DNA of 64,000 nucleotides from an uncultured Rhodothermales bacterium (GCA_964487555.1 CAZART010000010.1:349-64348); one strand, 5' to 3'. Shown: positions 27,331 to 37,224, counted from the first letter of the stretch. Notes: generated from the letters alone by a model not told the origin. A program made the numbers and translations.

Positions 27331-28263
27331 ATGTCTACTAAGAAAGCAGCTCTCGGTCGCGGCTTGAGCGCAATCCTTCCTTCTCAGGAGGAAAGAGACC
27401 AGCAAGACAGCGAACGATCCCAACGCATCGACCGAATTCGCCTCGCCGGGCGTGTTGCCGACGTCGACGTGAACAACGTGCGTCCCAACCCCTATCAGCC
27501 GCGCAAGAACTTCGACGAGAAGTCTCTCGACGAACTCGCCGCATCCATTCTCCAACTTGGCGTCATCCAGCCGATCACCGTTCGGGCCACGGAAGAAGGA
27601 TTCGAAATCATCTCTGGTGAACGGCGCCTTCGGGCGGCCCGCCGCGCGGGATTGAAGCGCATACCGGCCTACGTGCGCGAGGCGGATAGTGAGGCTATGT
27701 TGGAGATGGCCATCGTCGAAAATATTCAGCGCGAAGAACTCAACCCCATCGAGGTCGCGCTCGGCTATCAGCGTCTGATTGATGAATGCGAGCTTACCCA
27801 GGAGCAGGTGGCTCAAAAAGTCGGCAAAAACCGGGCGACCGTCGCCAACTTCCTTCGGCTTCTAAAGCTGCCGCCTCGAATTCAGGCGAGTCTCCGCGAC
27901 GGACGGGTATCGGTCGGGCACGCCCGCGCCCTTGTCAGCGTGGAAGACGCCGGTTTCCAGCTTGAGCTCATCACGGCGATCGAGAACGAAGATCTTTCCG
28001 TGCGGCAAGTCGAGGAGCGCGTGAGGTCGTGGAGGGAAGCGGACGAGGAAGTGGAAGGGTCGCGGGAATCGACGAAGATGTCGGAGCCGCCTGCGCCGGC
28101 GCCGGCGGACAGGGATTCCCTCCAGGTCCGGGAGTACACCTCGCAGCTGCGATCCTTGCTGAGCACGCAGGTAAAAATTCGCCACTCGAGTGGAGGCGGG
28201 AAGATCGAAATCGAATATTATTCCGGCGACGATTTGGAACGGCTCATGGAGCTTCTCCTCTGA
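27331..28263 (+). CDS. parB: ParB/Spo0J partition protein
   Basis: NPYQPRKNFDEKSLDELAASILQLGVIQPITV, GERRLRAA, IVENIQREELNPIE, and the HTH LTQEQVAQKVGKNRATVANFLRLL. Confidence 0.92.
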   Translation: MSTKKAALGRGLSAILPSQEERDQQDSERSQRIDRIRLAGRVADVDVNNVRPNPYQPRKNFDEKSLDELAASILQLGVIQPITVRATEEGFEIISGERRLRAARRAGLKRIPAYVREADSEAMLEMAIVENIQREELNPIEVALGYQRLIDECELTQEQVAQKVGKNRATVANFLRLLKLPPRIQASLRDGRVSVGHARALVSVEDAGFQLELITAIENEDLSVRQVEERVRSWREADEEVEGSRESTKMSEPPAPAPADRDSLQVREYTSQLRSLLSTQVKIRHSSGGGKIEIEYYSGDDLERLMELLL

Positions 28264-28334
28264 CATTGCCGCAATTCTGCACGCTTCTCCGCGAATCTTC
28301 TCACACGTTCGGTGCGCCCCCCAATTCACCGACG

Positions 28335-28964
28335 ATGTCCATCGTTCATCCCCGCACAAAAATACGTTCGTGCGGCCTTGCCGGGCCCGTTGTCGCCGCC
28401 CTTCTCTGTCTTACCGCCATCGCGGCGGTGCCCGCTTCCGCACAAGACAACGGCGCAGCAGCCCCTTCAAATCTCCCCGAAGACCATTCACCTCACGGCG
28501 CTCTCTGGCGGGCGGCAGCCGTACCCGGTTGGGGCCAGTACTATAACCGTCAGTACTTCAAGATTCCTGTCGTATGGATTGGAATCGGCGGGCTCGCAGC
28601 GTCGGCAATCGCCGTCAATCAACATTATCTTTTGTATCGACACGCCTTTCACTTTGTGACGCGTCGTGAGGACGGCATCCCGCTCTTCCCGGAGTATGAG
28701 CGTGATTTCGAAGAGGTCCTACGAATAAATAAAATTCCCCGTGAGGGCGCCGAACAATTCGCCGGGCACTTCCGCCAGAAACGTGACGATCTCAGACGCA
28801 ACCGTGACCTTTTGTACATTGGCGTCGGCTTATTCCATGGGCTAGCCATTCTTGATGCGTATGTGAATGCGCATCTGCTGGAATTCGACGTCGGCGAAGA
28901 CCTCACGTTGTCTGTTTATCCGATTCCGGCCGGTTTTTCGGCCTCGCTTCGGCTGGGCCGATGA
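28335..28964 (+). CDS. DUF5683 domain membrane protein
   Basis: Signal/TM segment plus WRAAAVPGWGQYYNRQYFKIPVVWIGIGG. The position directly after parB is typical for DUF5683 in Bacteroidota. Confidence 0.7.
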   Translation: MSIVHPRTKIRSCGLAGPVVAALLCLTAIAAVPASAQDNGAAAPSNLPEDHSPHGALWRAAAVPGWGQYYNRQYFKIPVVWIGIGGLAASAIAVNQHYLLYRHAFHFVTRREDGIPLFPEYERDFEEVLRINKIPREGAEQFAGHFRQKRDDLRRNRDLLYIGVGLFHGLAILDAYVNAHLLEFDVGEDLTLSVYPIPAGFSASLRLGR

Positions 28965-29159
28965 CGACCGGCGCAGCGCCGCCGCCCGAGTATTGCCACC
29001 CGAATCTTTGGCGACGACGGGTCGTAGGAGGGGGTCGTTTGGCGGAACAGCCTGGGCAGGCCTTCCGCCTTCTTTGTGGATGTTGAATTGCAGCGATTTT
29101 CGTATCCATCCTCCGCGGCTTGCCAACCGTCTACGGTCGATCAATGCAATCGAGACGAC

Positions 29160-30302
29160 ATGGCTAAAATTGTATACGCACTTAGTGGGCAGGGCCGCGG
29201 ACATACATCCCGAGCCATGGCCGTTTCGGACGAGCTCCGAGCGCAGGGGCACGAGATTGTCTACTGCTGCGGCGGGACCGCCCGCGACATTCTCGATGCT
29301 GCGGGCGAGCCGGTTGTAGCCGTGCCTCCGCTACGACAGGTGCTCGAGGGCAACCAGGTCCGGTTCGTCGACACGATTCGCAGCAACTGGAATTCGATTA
29401 CGCGCCTCAACGAGATCGTTGACGACCTCGCCGATGCGTTCGCGGATTTTCGCCCCGATCTCGTGATCACCGATTTTGAGGCGTTTTCGCACCGTGCGGC
29501 GGATCGACTCAACGTCCCCGTCCTCTCGTTCAATCATCAACAGATTATCACCGAGACCCGCTACGATCTACCGATCAAGTACCGCATCGACGCGGCAATC
29601 TCGTCCGTCGTCGTCCGTCTGATCGCGCCGTCGCATCCGCGGCACCTTCTCATCACTTCATTTTTCTTTCCACCGCTGAAGGACCCTCTGCGAACGACCC
29701 TCATCGCACCGATCATCCGACCCGGTATAGAATCCATTGCGCCGCAGTCGGGCGACCACGTTCTCGTCTATTATAACAGCACGGACGGCGCCGAGCACGT
29801 GCTTCAGACGCTTGGCGACGTCGAGGCATCCTTCATCGTATACAATTTTACCAAGCCTGCAAATGCAGAGCGTTATCACAACGTGCAGTTCAAGGAGCCG
29901 TGCATCGACGAATTCCTCAAGGACCTTGCGTCGAGCCGTTCGGTGATATCAACCGCCGGTTTCACCTTGATCAGCGAGGCCCTCTACCTGGGCAAGCCCC
30001 TCCTCGTCGTGCCCAACAGAGGCATTTTCGAGCAGACCTTGAATGCCTTATTTCTTCAGAGAAACGGTCTGGGTGCGGCGGTATTCGATCAGCCGCTCAC
30101 CCCCGACGACGTTATCACCTTTCTGAGCCACCATAAATCCTATGAAGCCAGACTGTTAGACCGCGCTACGAGCGGGAACAAAGACGCGATCGCCTGTATC
30201 GAAAGCGTGCTCTCTTCGATTACGCCTCACCCCCACCCGAGGCCCACACTTTCGTACGAAGCCGTCGCAGGTTCTCCCATCGGACGCTCCCTCAGAAGCT
30301 AG
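29160..30302 (+). CDS. GT-B glycosyltransferase (MGT / MJ1255-like family)
   Basis: MAKIVYALSGQGRGHTSRAMAVSDELRAQGHEI, and C-terminal ISTAGFTLISEALYLGKPLLVVP. Confidence 0.6.
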   Translation: MAKIVYALSGQGRGHTSRAMAVSDELRAQGHEIVYCCGGTARDILDAAGEPVVAVPPLRQVLEGNQVRFVDTIRSNWNSITRLNEIVDDLADAFADFRPDLVITDFEAFSHRAADRLNVPVLSFNHQQIITETRYDLPIKYRIDAAISSVVVRLIAPSHPRHLLITSFFFPPLKDPLRTTLIAPIIRPGIESIAPQSGDHVLVYYNSTDGAEHVLQTLGDVEASFIVYNFTKPANAERYHNVQFKEPCIDEFLKDLASSRSVISTAGFTLISEALYLGKPLLVVPNRGIFEQTLNALFLQRNGLGAAVFDQPLTPDDVITFLSHHKSYEARLLDRATSGNKDAIACIESVLSSITPHPHPRPTLSYEAVAGSPIGRSLRS

Positions 30303-30427
30303 AGCGACTGTGTGTGTGGGAATTGTGTATTTTGGCCGCTAAGTTGATGCAACGAAGGAACGTAGCGGTACACCAGCGTATCAGCGACTTTCCTCATGTG
30401 CTTCCTCCAGTTTTTCATGAATCGAAC

Positions 30428-31723
30428 ATGACCTTGCCTGACTTTCATCGGAAGAACGACAGCACTCATCCGGCACAGGAGGCACAGACCGTTCGAGAGG
30501 AGCCGTCGCTCTTCGAAAAGTGTCATCGCTTCTTTGATCAAACGGGCGACTATGCGCTGGTGAAGGCCGCGGATCTCTATCCGTACTTCCGGCCCATCGA
30601 GCGCAACGAAGGCTCACGCGCTATCATGAACGGCCGTGAGATCATCATGGCGGGGTCGAACAACTATCTAGGTCTCACCTCCGATCCGCGCGTTCAGGAG
30701 GCCGCCGCCCGCGCCATCAAGCAGTATGGTACGGGCTGCACAGGCAGCCGATTTTTGAACGGAACCCTCGATCTTCACATCGAGCTGGAGGAGCGCCTTG
30801 CGCGGTTCATGGGCCGCGAGGCCACTGTACTCTTCTCGACGGGCTACATGACCAACGAAGGCGTGATTCAGGCCGTCGCCTCCAAGAACGACTATATCTT
30901 CTCCGATAAGGACAATCACGCTTGCATTGTTGCCGGCACGCAGGTGAGCCTCGCCGAAACGCTTCGTTATCGGCACAATGATCTCGATCATCTGCGGCGG
31001 CTGCTCGAGAAGGTGCAAACCGAAGATCCCGAAGCTGGCAAGCTAATCGTTACCGACGGCGTCTTCTCGATGAGCGGCGTCATTGCCAAGGTGCCCGAAC
31101 TGGCGGCGCTCGCCGATGAATTCGGGGCCGCACTGATGCTCGACGACGCGCACGCGTGCGGCGTGATCGGCCCCGGAGGGCGAGGTTCTGCCGCTTTCTT
31201 CGGTCTCCAGGATTCCGTCCATCTCACCACAGGGACGTTCTCGAAGAGCTTTGCCTCCCTCGGAGGCTTCTGCGTCGGCAGCGAAGACGTCATCGAGTTC
31301 ATTCGCCACCGCAGCTCCACGCACGTCTTCAGTGCCTCCATGCCGCCCGCGAACGTGGCAACGGTCCTCAAATGCCTCGATATCCTGGAAACCGAACCTG
31401 AACGGCTCGATCGCCTCTGGGAAATTTCGGATTACATGCGAGCCGGCTTCCGCGATGCCGGATTCAACGTATGGTCGAGCCAGTCGCCCATTATTCCGGT
31501 AGTGATCGGCGACATGATGACCTGCTTTGAGTTCTGGCGCGACCTCCTCGATGAAGGCGTCTTCGTCAACGCCGTCGTTCCGCCTGCCGTGCCGCAGGGC
31601 CAATCGCTGATGCGAACGTCGTATATGGCCACGCATACCGACGAGGAACTCGACTTTATCCTCGAGGCATTCCGGCGCGTCGGCAGAAAGCATGGCGTCG
31701 TCACCAGTAATGGCGCCGCATAG
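30428..31723 (+). CDS. PLP-dependent alpha-oxoamine synthase (serine palmitoyltransferase / KBL / AONS family)
   Basis: AGSNNYLGL, GTGCTGSRFLNGT, DDAHACGVIG, and GTFSKSFASLGGF, which carries the PLP lysine. The substrate cannot be decided from sequence by eye. Confidence 0.8.
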   Translation: MTLPDFHRKNDSTHPAQEAQTVREEPSLFEKCHRFFDQTGDYALVKAADLYPYFRPIERNEGSRAIMNGREIIMAGSNNYLGLTSDPRVQEAAARAIKQYGTGCTGSRFLNGTLDLHIELEERLARFMGREATVLFSTGYMTNEGVIQAVASKNDYIFSDKDNHACIVAGTQVSLAETLRYRHNDLDHLRRLLEKVQTEDPEAGKLIVTDGVFSMSGVIAKVPELAALADEFGAALMLDDAHACGVIGPGGRGSAAFFGLQDSVHLTTGTFSKSFASLGGFCVGSEDVIEFIRHRSSTHVFSASMPPANVATVLKCLDILETEPERLDRLWEISDYMRAGFRDAGFNVWSSQSPIIPVVIGDMMTCFEFWRDLLDEGVFVNAVVPPAVPQGQSLMRTSYMATHTDEELDFILEAFRRVGRKHGVVTSNGAA

Positions 31724-31845
31724 GCTGAAACAGTACGTCGCCATGCTGGGCCCGTCCACGCCTCCGAAACGTTGTGTGCGCGGCGCGGTGTGAACCGGTG
31801 CATGCTTATCTTGGCACCTGATTCTGCCGTTCATCCTCCGTCCCC

Positions 31846-32985
31846 ATGCCCGCATCCGTCGCCGTCCGACCTGTCTACTCACTTCGCGAGCGAAAGCGTT
31901 TCGTAGACTTCCAGTACGAGCTCTATCAAACGAATCCCCATTGGATTCCTCCGCTCCGCCGGGACGTTCACAAGTCGCTGAATCCTCGCAAGAACGCCTT
32001 CTTCGATCATGGAAAAATGCAGCTATTCCTGGCGGAAGACGAATCCGGACGGGTACTCGGCCGCATCGCAGCCATCACGAACGGCATGCACCTGCGGAAA
32101 TACGATGACGCCAACGGGTTCTTCGGTTTTTTCGAGACGATCGACGACTTTGGCGTAGCGTCATCCCTTCTCGACGCTGCGCGGGCATGGCTGCAGTCGG
32201 CCGGAATGAAGGGGGTTCGCGGACCAGCCAATCCGACCTTGAACGACACGTCCGGACTGCTCGTCGGCGGATTCGATCGAGAGCCATCGGTGCTCATGCC
32301 GTACAATCCCGCGTATTACGAGCAACTCCTTATTCGCTACGGCTTCAAACGGGCCATGACCATGTGGGCGTACTATATCCACAAGAAATACGTTAAGCTC
32401 GACAAGCTGCGCAGAGGCGCAGAAATCGTTCGCCGGAGGAATCCGGGCCTTGCGCTCCGAAACATCGACATGAGCCGGTTCGACAAGGAAGCCGAAACGA
32501 TCCTTCGTATTTACAATGACGCGTGGTCGCGTAACTGGGGGCATGTCCCCATGACGGAGGCTGAATTCAGCCAGCTCGCCGGCGAGATGAAGCAAATCAT
32601 CGATCCGAAGATCGTGTATGTTCTCGAAGATGACGGCCGCCCGGTTGCCTTCTCTATCTCGATTCCGAATATCAACCAGCTCTTGAAACACATTTCGAAC
32701 GGACGACTGTTGCCGCTCGGTCTGCCGAAAATGCTGGCGTACGCGAAATTCGGCGGCCTGTACGAATGTCGAACACCGCTGATGGGCGTGCTCCGCGAAT
32801 ACCAGGGGCGTGGACTGGACGCCATTCTAAATCTCGCGATCATCGACGAAGGCCCGAAGAACGGCTACGATGCGAGTGAGATGAGCTGGGTGCTTGACTC
32901 GAACAAGGTGCTCCGCAACGCCCTCGAATCCTTCGGCGCCGTGATCGACAAGGAGTACGCCATGCTAGAGATGCGCTTCACGTAA
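31846..32985 (+). CDS. Uncharacterised GNAT-like acyltransferase
   Basis: A 379-aa ORF with NPHWIPPLRRD near the N-terminus and the GNAT motif-A-like VLREYQGRGLDAILN near the C-terminus. Confidence 0.45.
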   Translation: MPASVAVRPVYSLRERKRFVDFQYELYQTNPHWIPPLRRDVHKSLNPRKNAFFDHGKMQLFLAEDESGRVLGRIAAITNGMHLRKYDDANGFFGFFETIDDFGVASSLLDAARAWLQSAGMKGVRGPANPTLNDTSGLLVGGFDREPSVLMPYNPAYYEQLLIRYGFKRAMTMWAYYIHKKYVKLDKLRRGAEIVRRRNPGLALRNIDMSRFDKEAETILRIYNDAWSRNWGHVPMTEAEFSQLAGEMKQIIDPKIVYVLEDDGRPVAFSISIPNINQLLKHISNGRLLPLGLPKMLAYAKFGGLYECRTPLMGVLREYQGRGLDAILNLAIIDEGPKNGYDASEMSWVLDSNKVLRNALESFGAVIDKEYAMLEMRFT

Positions 32986-32991
32986 TTTGCC

Positions 32992-33855
32992 GTGTCTTTC
33001 TCTTCCTCCTCGAAGTCTCGCATCGGACGTGTTGCCGAATTTCCGGTCCATGGATGGGCCGGAATCGTCCTCGCGATCATCTCATGGATTCTGAATTGGA
33101 CGCTTGACGGCCCGCGGACACACGTATTTTTCTTTCCCCTCTGGTTCGGTTACACCCTTGCCGTCGACAGCCTCGTCTACGTGCGACGAGGATCCTCCAT
33201 CCTCACCCGCTCCCGGGGTCGTTTCGCCCTCCTGTTCGTCATCTCCGCGCCTGCCTGGTGGTTGTTCGAGCTGTTTAATCGGCATACGCAAAACTGGCAT
33301 TACCACGGCGCCGAACTTTTTACCTACCTCGAGTACGCCGCCCTGGCTTCCATCGCCTTTTCGACCGTGATGCCGGCCGTGTTCGAGACGGCCGAGCTCG
33401 TCCGCTCGCATTCTCGCATCGACCGCTTGAGCCGGGGTCCGCGCATCATCGGCTCGCGTCGTGTCACGTGGGCCATCTTCATCACCGGGTGGCTGCTTCT
33501 AATCGGCATCGTGCTTCTCCCGCACGCACTGTATCCCTTCATTTGGGCCACCGTTTTTTGCCTCGTCGAGCCGACGAATGTCTGGCTGGGCCGTCCTTCC
33601 CTGTTCGACGGGCTTGGTCAAGGAGACTGGCGACCTACCGCGTCTCTGGCAATCGGCGCTCTCATCTGCGGGTTTTTCTGGGAGCTCTGGAATGTCTGGT
33701 CGTTCCCTAAGTGGACCTACCATACACCGGGCGTTGACTTCTGGTATATCTTCGAGATGCCTCTACTCGGATACATAGGCTATCTGCCTTTCGGACTGGA
33801 ACTTTTTGCACTGGGCCATCTCGCCCGAGGCCGCAAGCTCGGCGTGAATCTTTGA
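32992..33855 (+). CDS. Hypothetical polytopic membrane protein
   Basis: About 7 hydrophobic helices and a Trp-rich sequence (FWELWNVWSFPKWTYH). It has a GTG start 6 nt after the previous stop. I recognise no family. Confidence 0.45.
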   Translation: MSFSSSSKSRIGRVAEFPVHGWAGIVLAIISWILNWTLDGPRTHVFFFPLWFGYTLAVDSLVYVRRGSSILTRSRGRFALLFVISAPAWWLFELFNRHTQNWHYHGAELFTYLEYAALASIAFSTVMPAVFETAELVRSHSRIDRLSRGPRIIGSRRVTWAIFITGWLLLIGIVLLPHALYPFIWATVFCLVEPTNVWLGRPSLFDGLGQGDWRPTASLAIGALICGFFWELWNVWSFPKWTYHTPGVDFWYIFEMPLLGYIGYLPFGLELFALGHLARGRKLGVNL

Positions 33856-34008
33856 CGACCGGACGGTCGTCACGAGCGGCTGATCACTCGTCCGCGAAGC
33901 AGATCAGGTGCATTCCTACGCTGTGCGCTCCAGCCTCGCGGTGATAATCGCCGGCCGCTTGTTACGATCTTCTGCACGTTCGCACAAGCCTGCATAGCAG
34001 CGCGTTGT

Positions 34009-34905
34009 ATGAGCATGATGAAGACGATCGAGCTTGGCAACACCGGAATCCGACTGAGTGCTATCGGGCTGGGTGCGATGCACCTTTCATTAGAGGGACG
34101 TCCCGCGAGACCGGAAGCACTGGCCGTAATTCACCGCGCGCTCGACGTCGGCATCACGTTCATCGACACAGCCGACGCCTACTGCCGCGACGAGGCCGAT
34201 AAACATCACAACGAATGTCTTGTTCGGGATGCTCTGGCCACCTACGAAGGCGATGCGGCCGGTATTTATGTGGCAACGAAGGGCGGGCTCATGCGATACG
34301 GGGGCGAATGGCCACGAAACGGAAGTCCCGACCACCTTCGCGCCACCATTCGGGAGAGTGTCGACGCGCTCGGCGGTGCGCCGATCTTTCTGTGGCAGCA
34401 TCATGCACCCGATCCCGACGTGCCTGTCGACGAGTCGCTTCAGCCGGTCCGCGAGGCCGTCGACGAGGGGCTGATCCAGTACGTCGGCGTGTCTAATTAC
34501 TCCGTCGGTCACCTAGACAAAGCGCGAGAGATCGTTGAGATTACATCGGTGCAGAATCAGTACAGCCTCTGGCATCGGAGCCCGGAACGCGACGGAACCC
34601 TCCAGTACTGCGAGCAGCACGGTCTTACATTTCTCCCATGGAGACCGCTGGGCGGAAAAGATCGGGCGAAGCGAATGGCGAGCTATGCGGCGCTGAATGC
34701 CGTGGCAGGGGCGCACCACCTTTCGCCGCAGTGTATCGCGCTGGCGTGGTTGCGGCACAAGTCCCCCACCATACTGCCTATTCCCGGCGCCAGCCGCTCC
34801 GAAACGATTGAGGATTCCGTGCGTGCCGCCGGCGTCGATTTGACCGACGACGAAGCCGACCGCATCGAAAAGGAGGCCGAGGGCGTACGATCCGGCGCCC
34901 GCTGA
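34009..34905 (+). CDS. Aldo/keto reductase
   Basis: LGAMHLS, FIDTADAY, GVSNYSV and LPIPGASR are the AKR signatures. Confidence 0.85.
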   Translation: MSMMKTIELGNTGIRLSAIGLGAMHLSLEGRPARPEALAVIHRALDVGITFIDTADAYCRDEADKHHNECLVRDALATYEGDAAGIYVATKGGLMRYGGEWPRNGSPDHLRATIRESVDALGGAPIFLWQHHAPDPDVPVDESLQPVREAVDEGLIQYVGVSNYSVGHLDKAREIVEITSVQNQYSLWHRSPERDGTLQYCEQHGLTFLPWRPLGGKDRAKRMASYAALNAVAGAHHLSPQCIALAWLRHKSPTILPIPGASRSETIEDSVRAAGVDLTDDEADRIEKEAEGVRSGAR

Positions 34906-34913
34906 GACGTTCC

Positions 34914-36239
34914 ATGCCCGACCTTGCCGAAACCCACGTCGTTACCTGCTTTCTGCGTGCCGGCACTAACGTACTGCTTCTGCTCAGGAGCCACGACGTA
35001 GGTACCTACGCAGGAAAATGGGGCGCCGTGGCCGGTCACGTAGAGGGCGACCCCGACAGATCAGCGTTTCGCGAGATACGTGAGGAAACGGGCTTTGAGG
35101 CACCCGATCTTATTCGGCGTGGCGAGCCGTTCGAAGTACGTGACGCGCGTCTAGGAAAGCGCTGGATCGTGCATCCGTATCTCTTCGACGTCCCAAACCG
35201 CGTACCCAAACTGAACCGGGAATCCTCGAAGTACGAATGGGCGCCCCCCACGGAAATCCTACGGCGCGACACCGTGCCCGAGCTGTGGACCTCCTATCGG
35301 CATGTCGGCCCGACGCCGACTTCTATCCGCCAGGACACCTTTCACGGCTCGGCTTACCTCTCGATGCGAGCTGTTGAGGCCCTTCGTGACCGAGCGGCGG
35401 AGCTCGCACTCGCAGCGACAGGCGGTGTCGCAGGCGACGCAATGAGCTCGGATGCCGGCAATCAACGGCCGCCCGGCGACTCGGCCCGAAGCGCATCCTG
35501 GCAGGAGCTATGCGCACTTGCCGAATCGCTGCTTGCGAGTCGCCCGTCGATGACGGCCGTACACCACCGCGTAAACCGCGTGATGTATGCTGCCGCCCAA
35601 CACGCAACGCCGAGATCTGTCGAAGCAGCGGCGGCCGAGATATTGGCTCGTGCCATGCGGACCGACGAGCAAGCGGCCGCGACGGCGGCCCGATTAGTCG
35701 AGGGCAAGCGCGTGCTTACGCTCTCCCGGTCCGGGACCGTTGTGGCGGCTCTGGAGGCGGCGCACGCCGATGTTATCATCGCACACTCGTTGCCGGGCGG
35801 TGAAGGCCGTGCGATGGCAGAACGCCTCGCCGCTAACGGCGTACGCGTGGCCATGTGCTCCGACGCCGGCATAGCGGCCGCGTGCGATCATGCTGACGTA
35901 GTGCTGGTCGGAGCCGACACCGTCCTCGCCGACGGCTCGGTCGTGAACAAAGTCGGAACCCGCCCGGCCGCCCTCGCCGCTCGCGCCCGGCAGATTCCCT
36001 TCTACGTAGCCGCCGCAATCGATAAAATATCGCCGAAAAAGAACGTTGACCTGGAGCAGGCACGTCGAGACACGCTCTATGACGGGGATGCATCCATCGA
36101 AGTGATCCATCCCCTCTTCGAAACGACTCCGCCGGAGCTGATTACGGCGATTATCACCGAGGAGGGAACGATCGCCCCCTCCGACGTCGCGGATTTGGCC
36201 GATGAACTTCGACGGCTCGAGTCGTGGCATTGTGGATGA
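34914..36239 (+). CDS. Fusion protein: N-terminal NUDIX hydrolase + C-terminal eIF-2B alpha/beta/delta-like (ribose-1,5-bisphosphate / MTR-1-P isomerase family) domain
   Basis: NUDIX box GKWGAVAGHVEGDPDRSAFREIREETGF. The C-terminal half has VLTLSRSGTV, VIIAHSLPGGEG, VLVGADTVLADGSVVNKVGT and IPFYVAAAIDKI. Confidence 0.7.
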   Translation: MPDLAETHVVTCFLRAGTNVLLLLRSHDVGTYAGKWGAVAGHVEGDPDRSAFREIREETGFEAPDLIRRGEPFEVRDARLGKRWIVHPYLFDVPNRVPKLNRESSKYEWAPPTEILRRDTVPELWTSYRHVGPTPTSIRQDTFHGSAYLSMRAVEALRDRAAELALAATGGVAGDAMSSDAGNQRPPGDSARSASWQELCALAESLLASRPSMTAVHHRVNRVMYAAAQHATPRSVEAAAAEILARAMRTDEQAAATAARLVEGKRVLTLSRSGTVVAALEAAHADVIIAHSLPGGEGRAMAERLAANGVRVAMCSDAGIAAACDHADVVLVGADTVLADGSVVNKVGTRPAALAARARQIPFYVAAAIDKISPKKNVDLEQARRDTLYDGDASIEVIHPLFETTPPELITAIITEEGTIAPSDVADLADELRRLESWHCG

Positions 36240-36263
36240 TCCGGCGCGCCCGTCCACGCCGCG

Positions 36264-36917
36264 CTAGAGCCCCAGCTTGTTCAGTATGTATTCGATCCGG
36301 CTTCTAAATCCGAGACCGTATCCATAGCGCTCGGCGGTGCCGCGTCCGAAATGGGTGACGTAGTCGTCGATGGGGAAGTCTTCGAGCCTGTACCCCTCCT
36401 CGGCGGCCGCGCGGAAATTTTCGAGTGCGGGCAGGCCGTGATGAATAAAGGAGGGGAGTTTGAGGTAGATCTCCCGCTTGACCAGCATATAGGCGCTTAC
36501 CAGGACAGGTATACCCGTCGGCGCAGCAAACCCGCGCCTATTGACGTAGGCAATCTTACCCACTCCATAGACGTTATCCTCGGCGCCGAGCATCGCCATT
36601 CGCTCGAGAAATCCCCCGCGTACGGTTTCGGTGTCGCTGTCAAAAACGTAGACGAAACGACGATCAAGCTCGCGGAGAGCCAGATCCATAGCCGGTCCGT
36701 GGTAGCGATTCTCCGACAGAAGTTTCGTTCGAATGGATGGCCCGAGCTCGCGCTGGAGCGTGCGGATGACGTCGGGGGAGCCGTCCGAAGACCCGTTGTC
36801 GACAATCAGAAGAGGGACGTTCGGATATTCGCGATTGAAGCTCCGGACGGCCGTTTCCAGCAAGTCCGGCGTCTGGAAGTTGACGACGGCAGCGGAAACG
36901 CGTTGCTCGATTGACAT
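36264..36917 (-). CDS. Family 2 glycosyltransferase
   Basis: VSAAVVNFQTPDLLETAVRSF and PLLIVDNGSSDGS, then the DxD-like FDSD. Confidence 0.8.
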   Translation of the reverse strand: MSIEQRVSAAVVNFQTPDLLETAVRSFNREYPNVPLLIVDNGSSDGSPDVIRTLQRELGPSIRTKLLSENRYHGPAMDLALRELDRRFVYVFDSDTETVRGGFLERMAMLGAEDNVYGVGKIAYVNRRGFAAPTGIPVLVSAYMLVKREIYLKLPSFIHHGLPALENFRAAAEEGYRLEDFPIDDYVTHFGRGTAERYGYGLGFRSRIEYILNKLGL

Positions 36918-36975
36918 TCGAGAGTAAGGAGGAGGGCCTGAGGTGCGCGCGGCAGGATCGGTGCGGGCATAAACT

Positions 36976-36995
36976 AAAAAACGCCGACCGCGGCG
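36976..36995 (-). terminator. Intrinsic terminator closing the non-coding unit
   Basis: Minus-strand CGCCG-CGGU-CGGCG followed immediately by U6 (plus-strand A6 at 36976-36981). It lies 59 nt upstream of the GT2 start. Confidence 0.45.
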
Positions 36996-37224
36996 AGGCA
37001 GTCAGCGCTTTTTAATTCCCTCAACGCGACGGCCTCCCTTGAGTCAGGTCCTGCCGAAGCAGCATCCTTTCCCAGGTGGGAGGCAAACTCTCATGCCGGT
37101 ATGGAGGCCGGCTGGTAGCTACGCGCACGGTGCCCGGTTTCCCGGTCACGGTACGTCTAAACCGCATGGGCAGACGGTTCAGGAGCTACGGACTTTCGAT
37201 GTCCCGTGCATGCGTTTTCACACA

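Noticed and set aside
37043-37063. Plus-strand GUCAGGUCC-N4-GAAGCAGC resembles the universally conserved SRP RNA helix-8 motif (GUCAGGUCCGGAAGGAAGCAGC).
   Set aside because: The GNRA tetraloop and one G of the closing stem are missing. The enclosing hairpin (GCCUCCC...GGGAGGC) is only about 54 nt and I could not pair any helix-5 extension. The same bases form a canonical CUGC-UUCG-GCAG hairpin on the other strand. It is worth a cmsearch, but I do not call it ffs.
37189-37197. Minus-strand GAAAGUCCG is reminiscent of the RNase P RNA P4 motif.
   Set aside because: The other conserved RNase P elements are not present at the appropriate distance. These are the GGUAAGAGCGCACC-type segment and the 3' ACAGAACCCGGCUUA. 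A superficially similar AAGCCCGGCUUGCC at 38167-38180 is on the opposite strand and is part of the rhomboid terminator.
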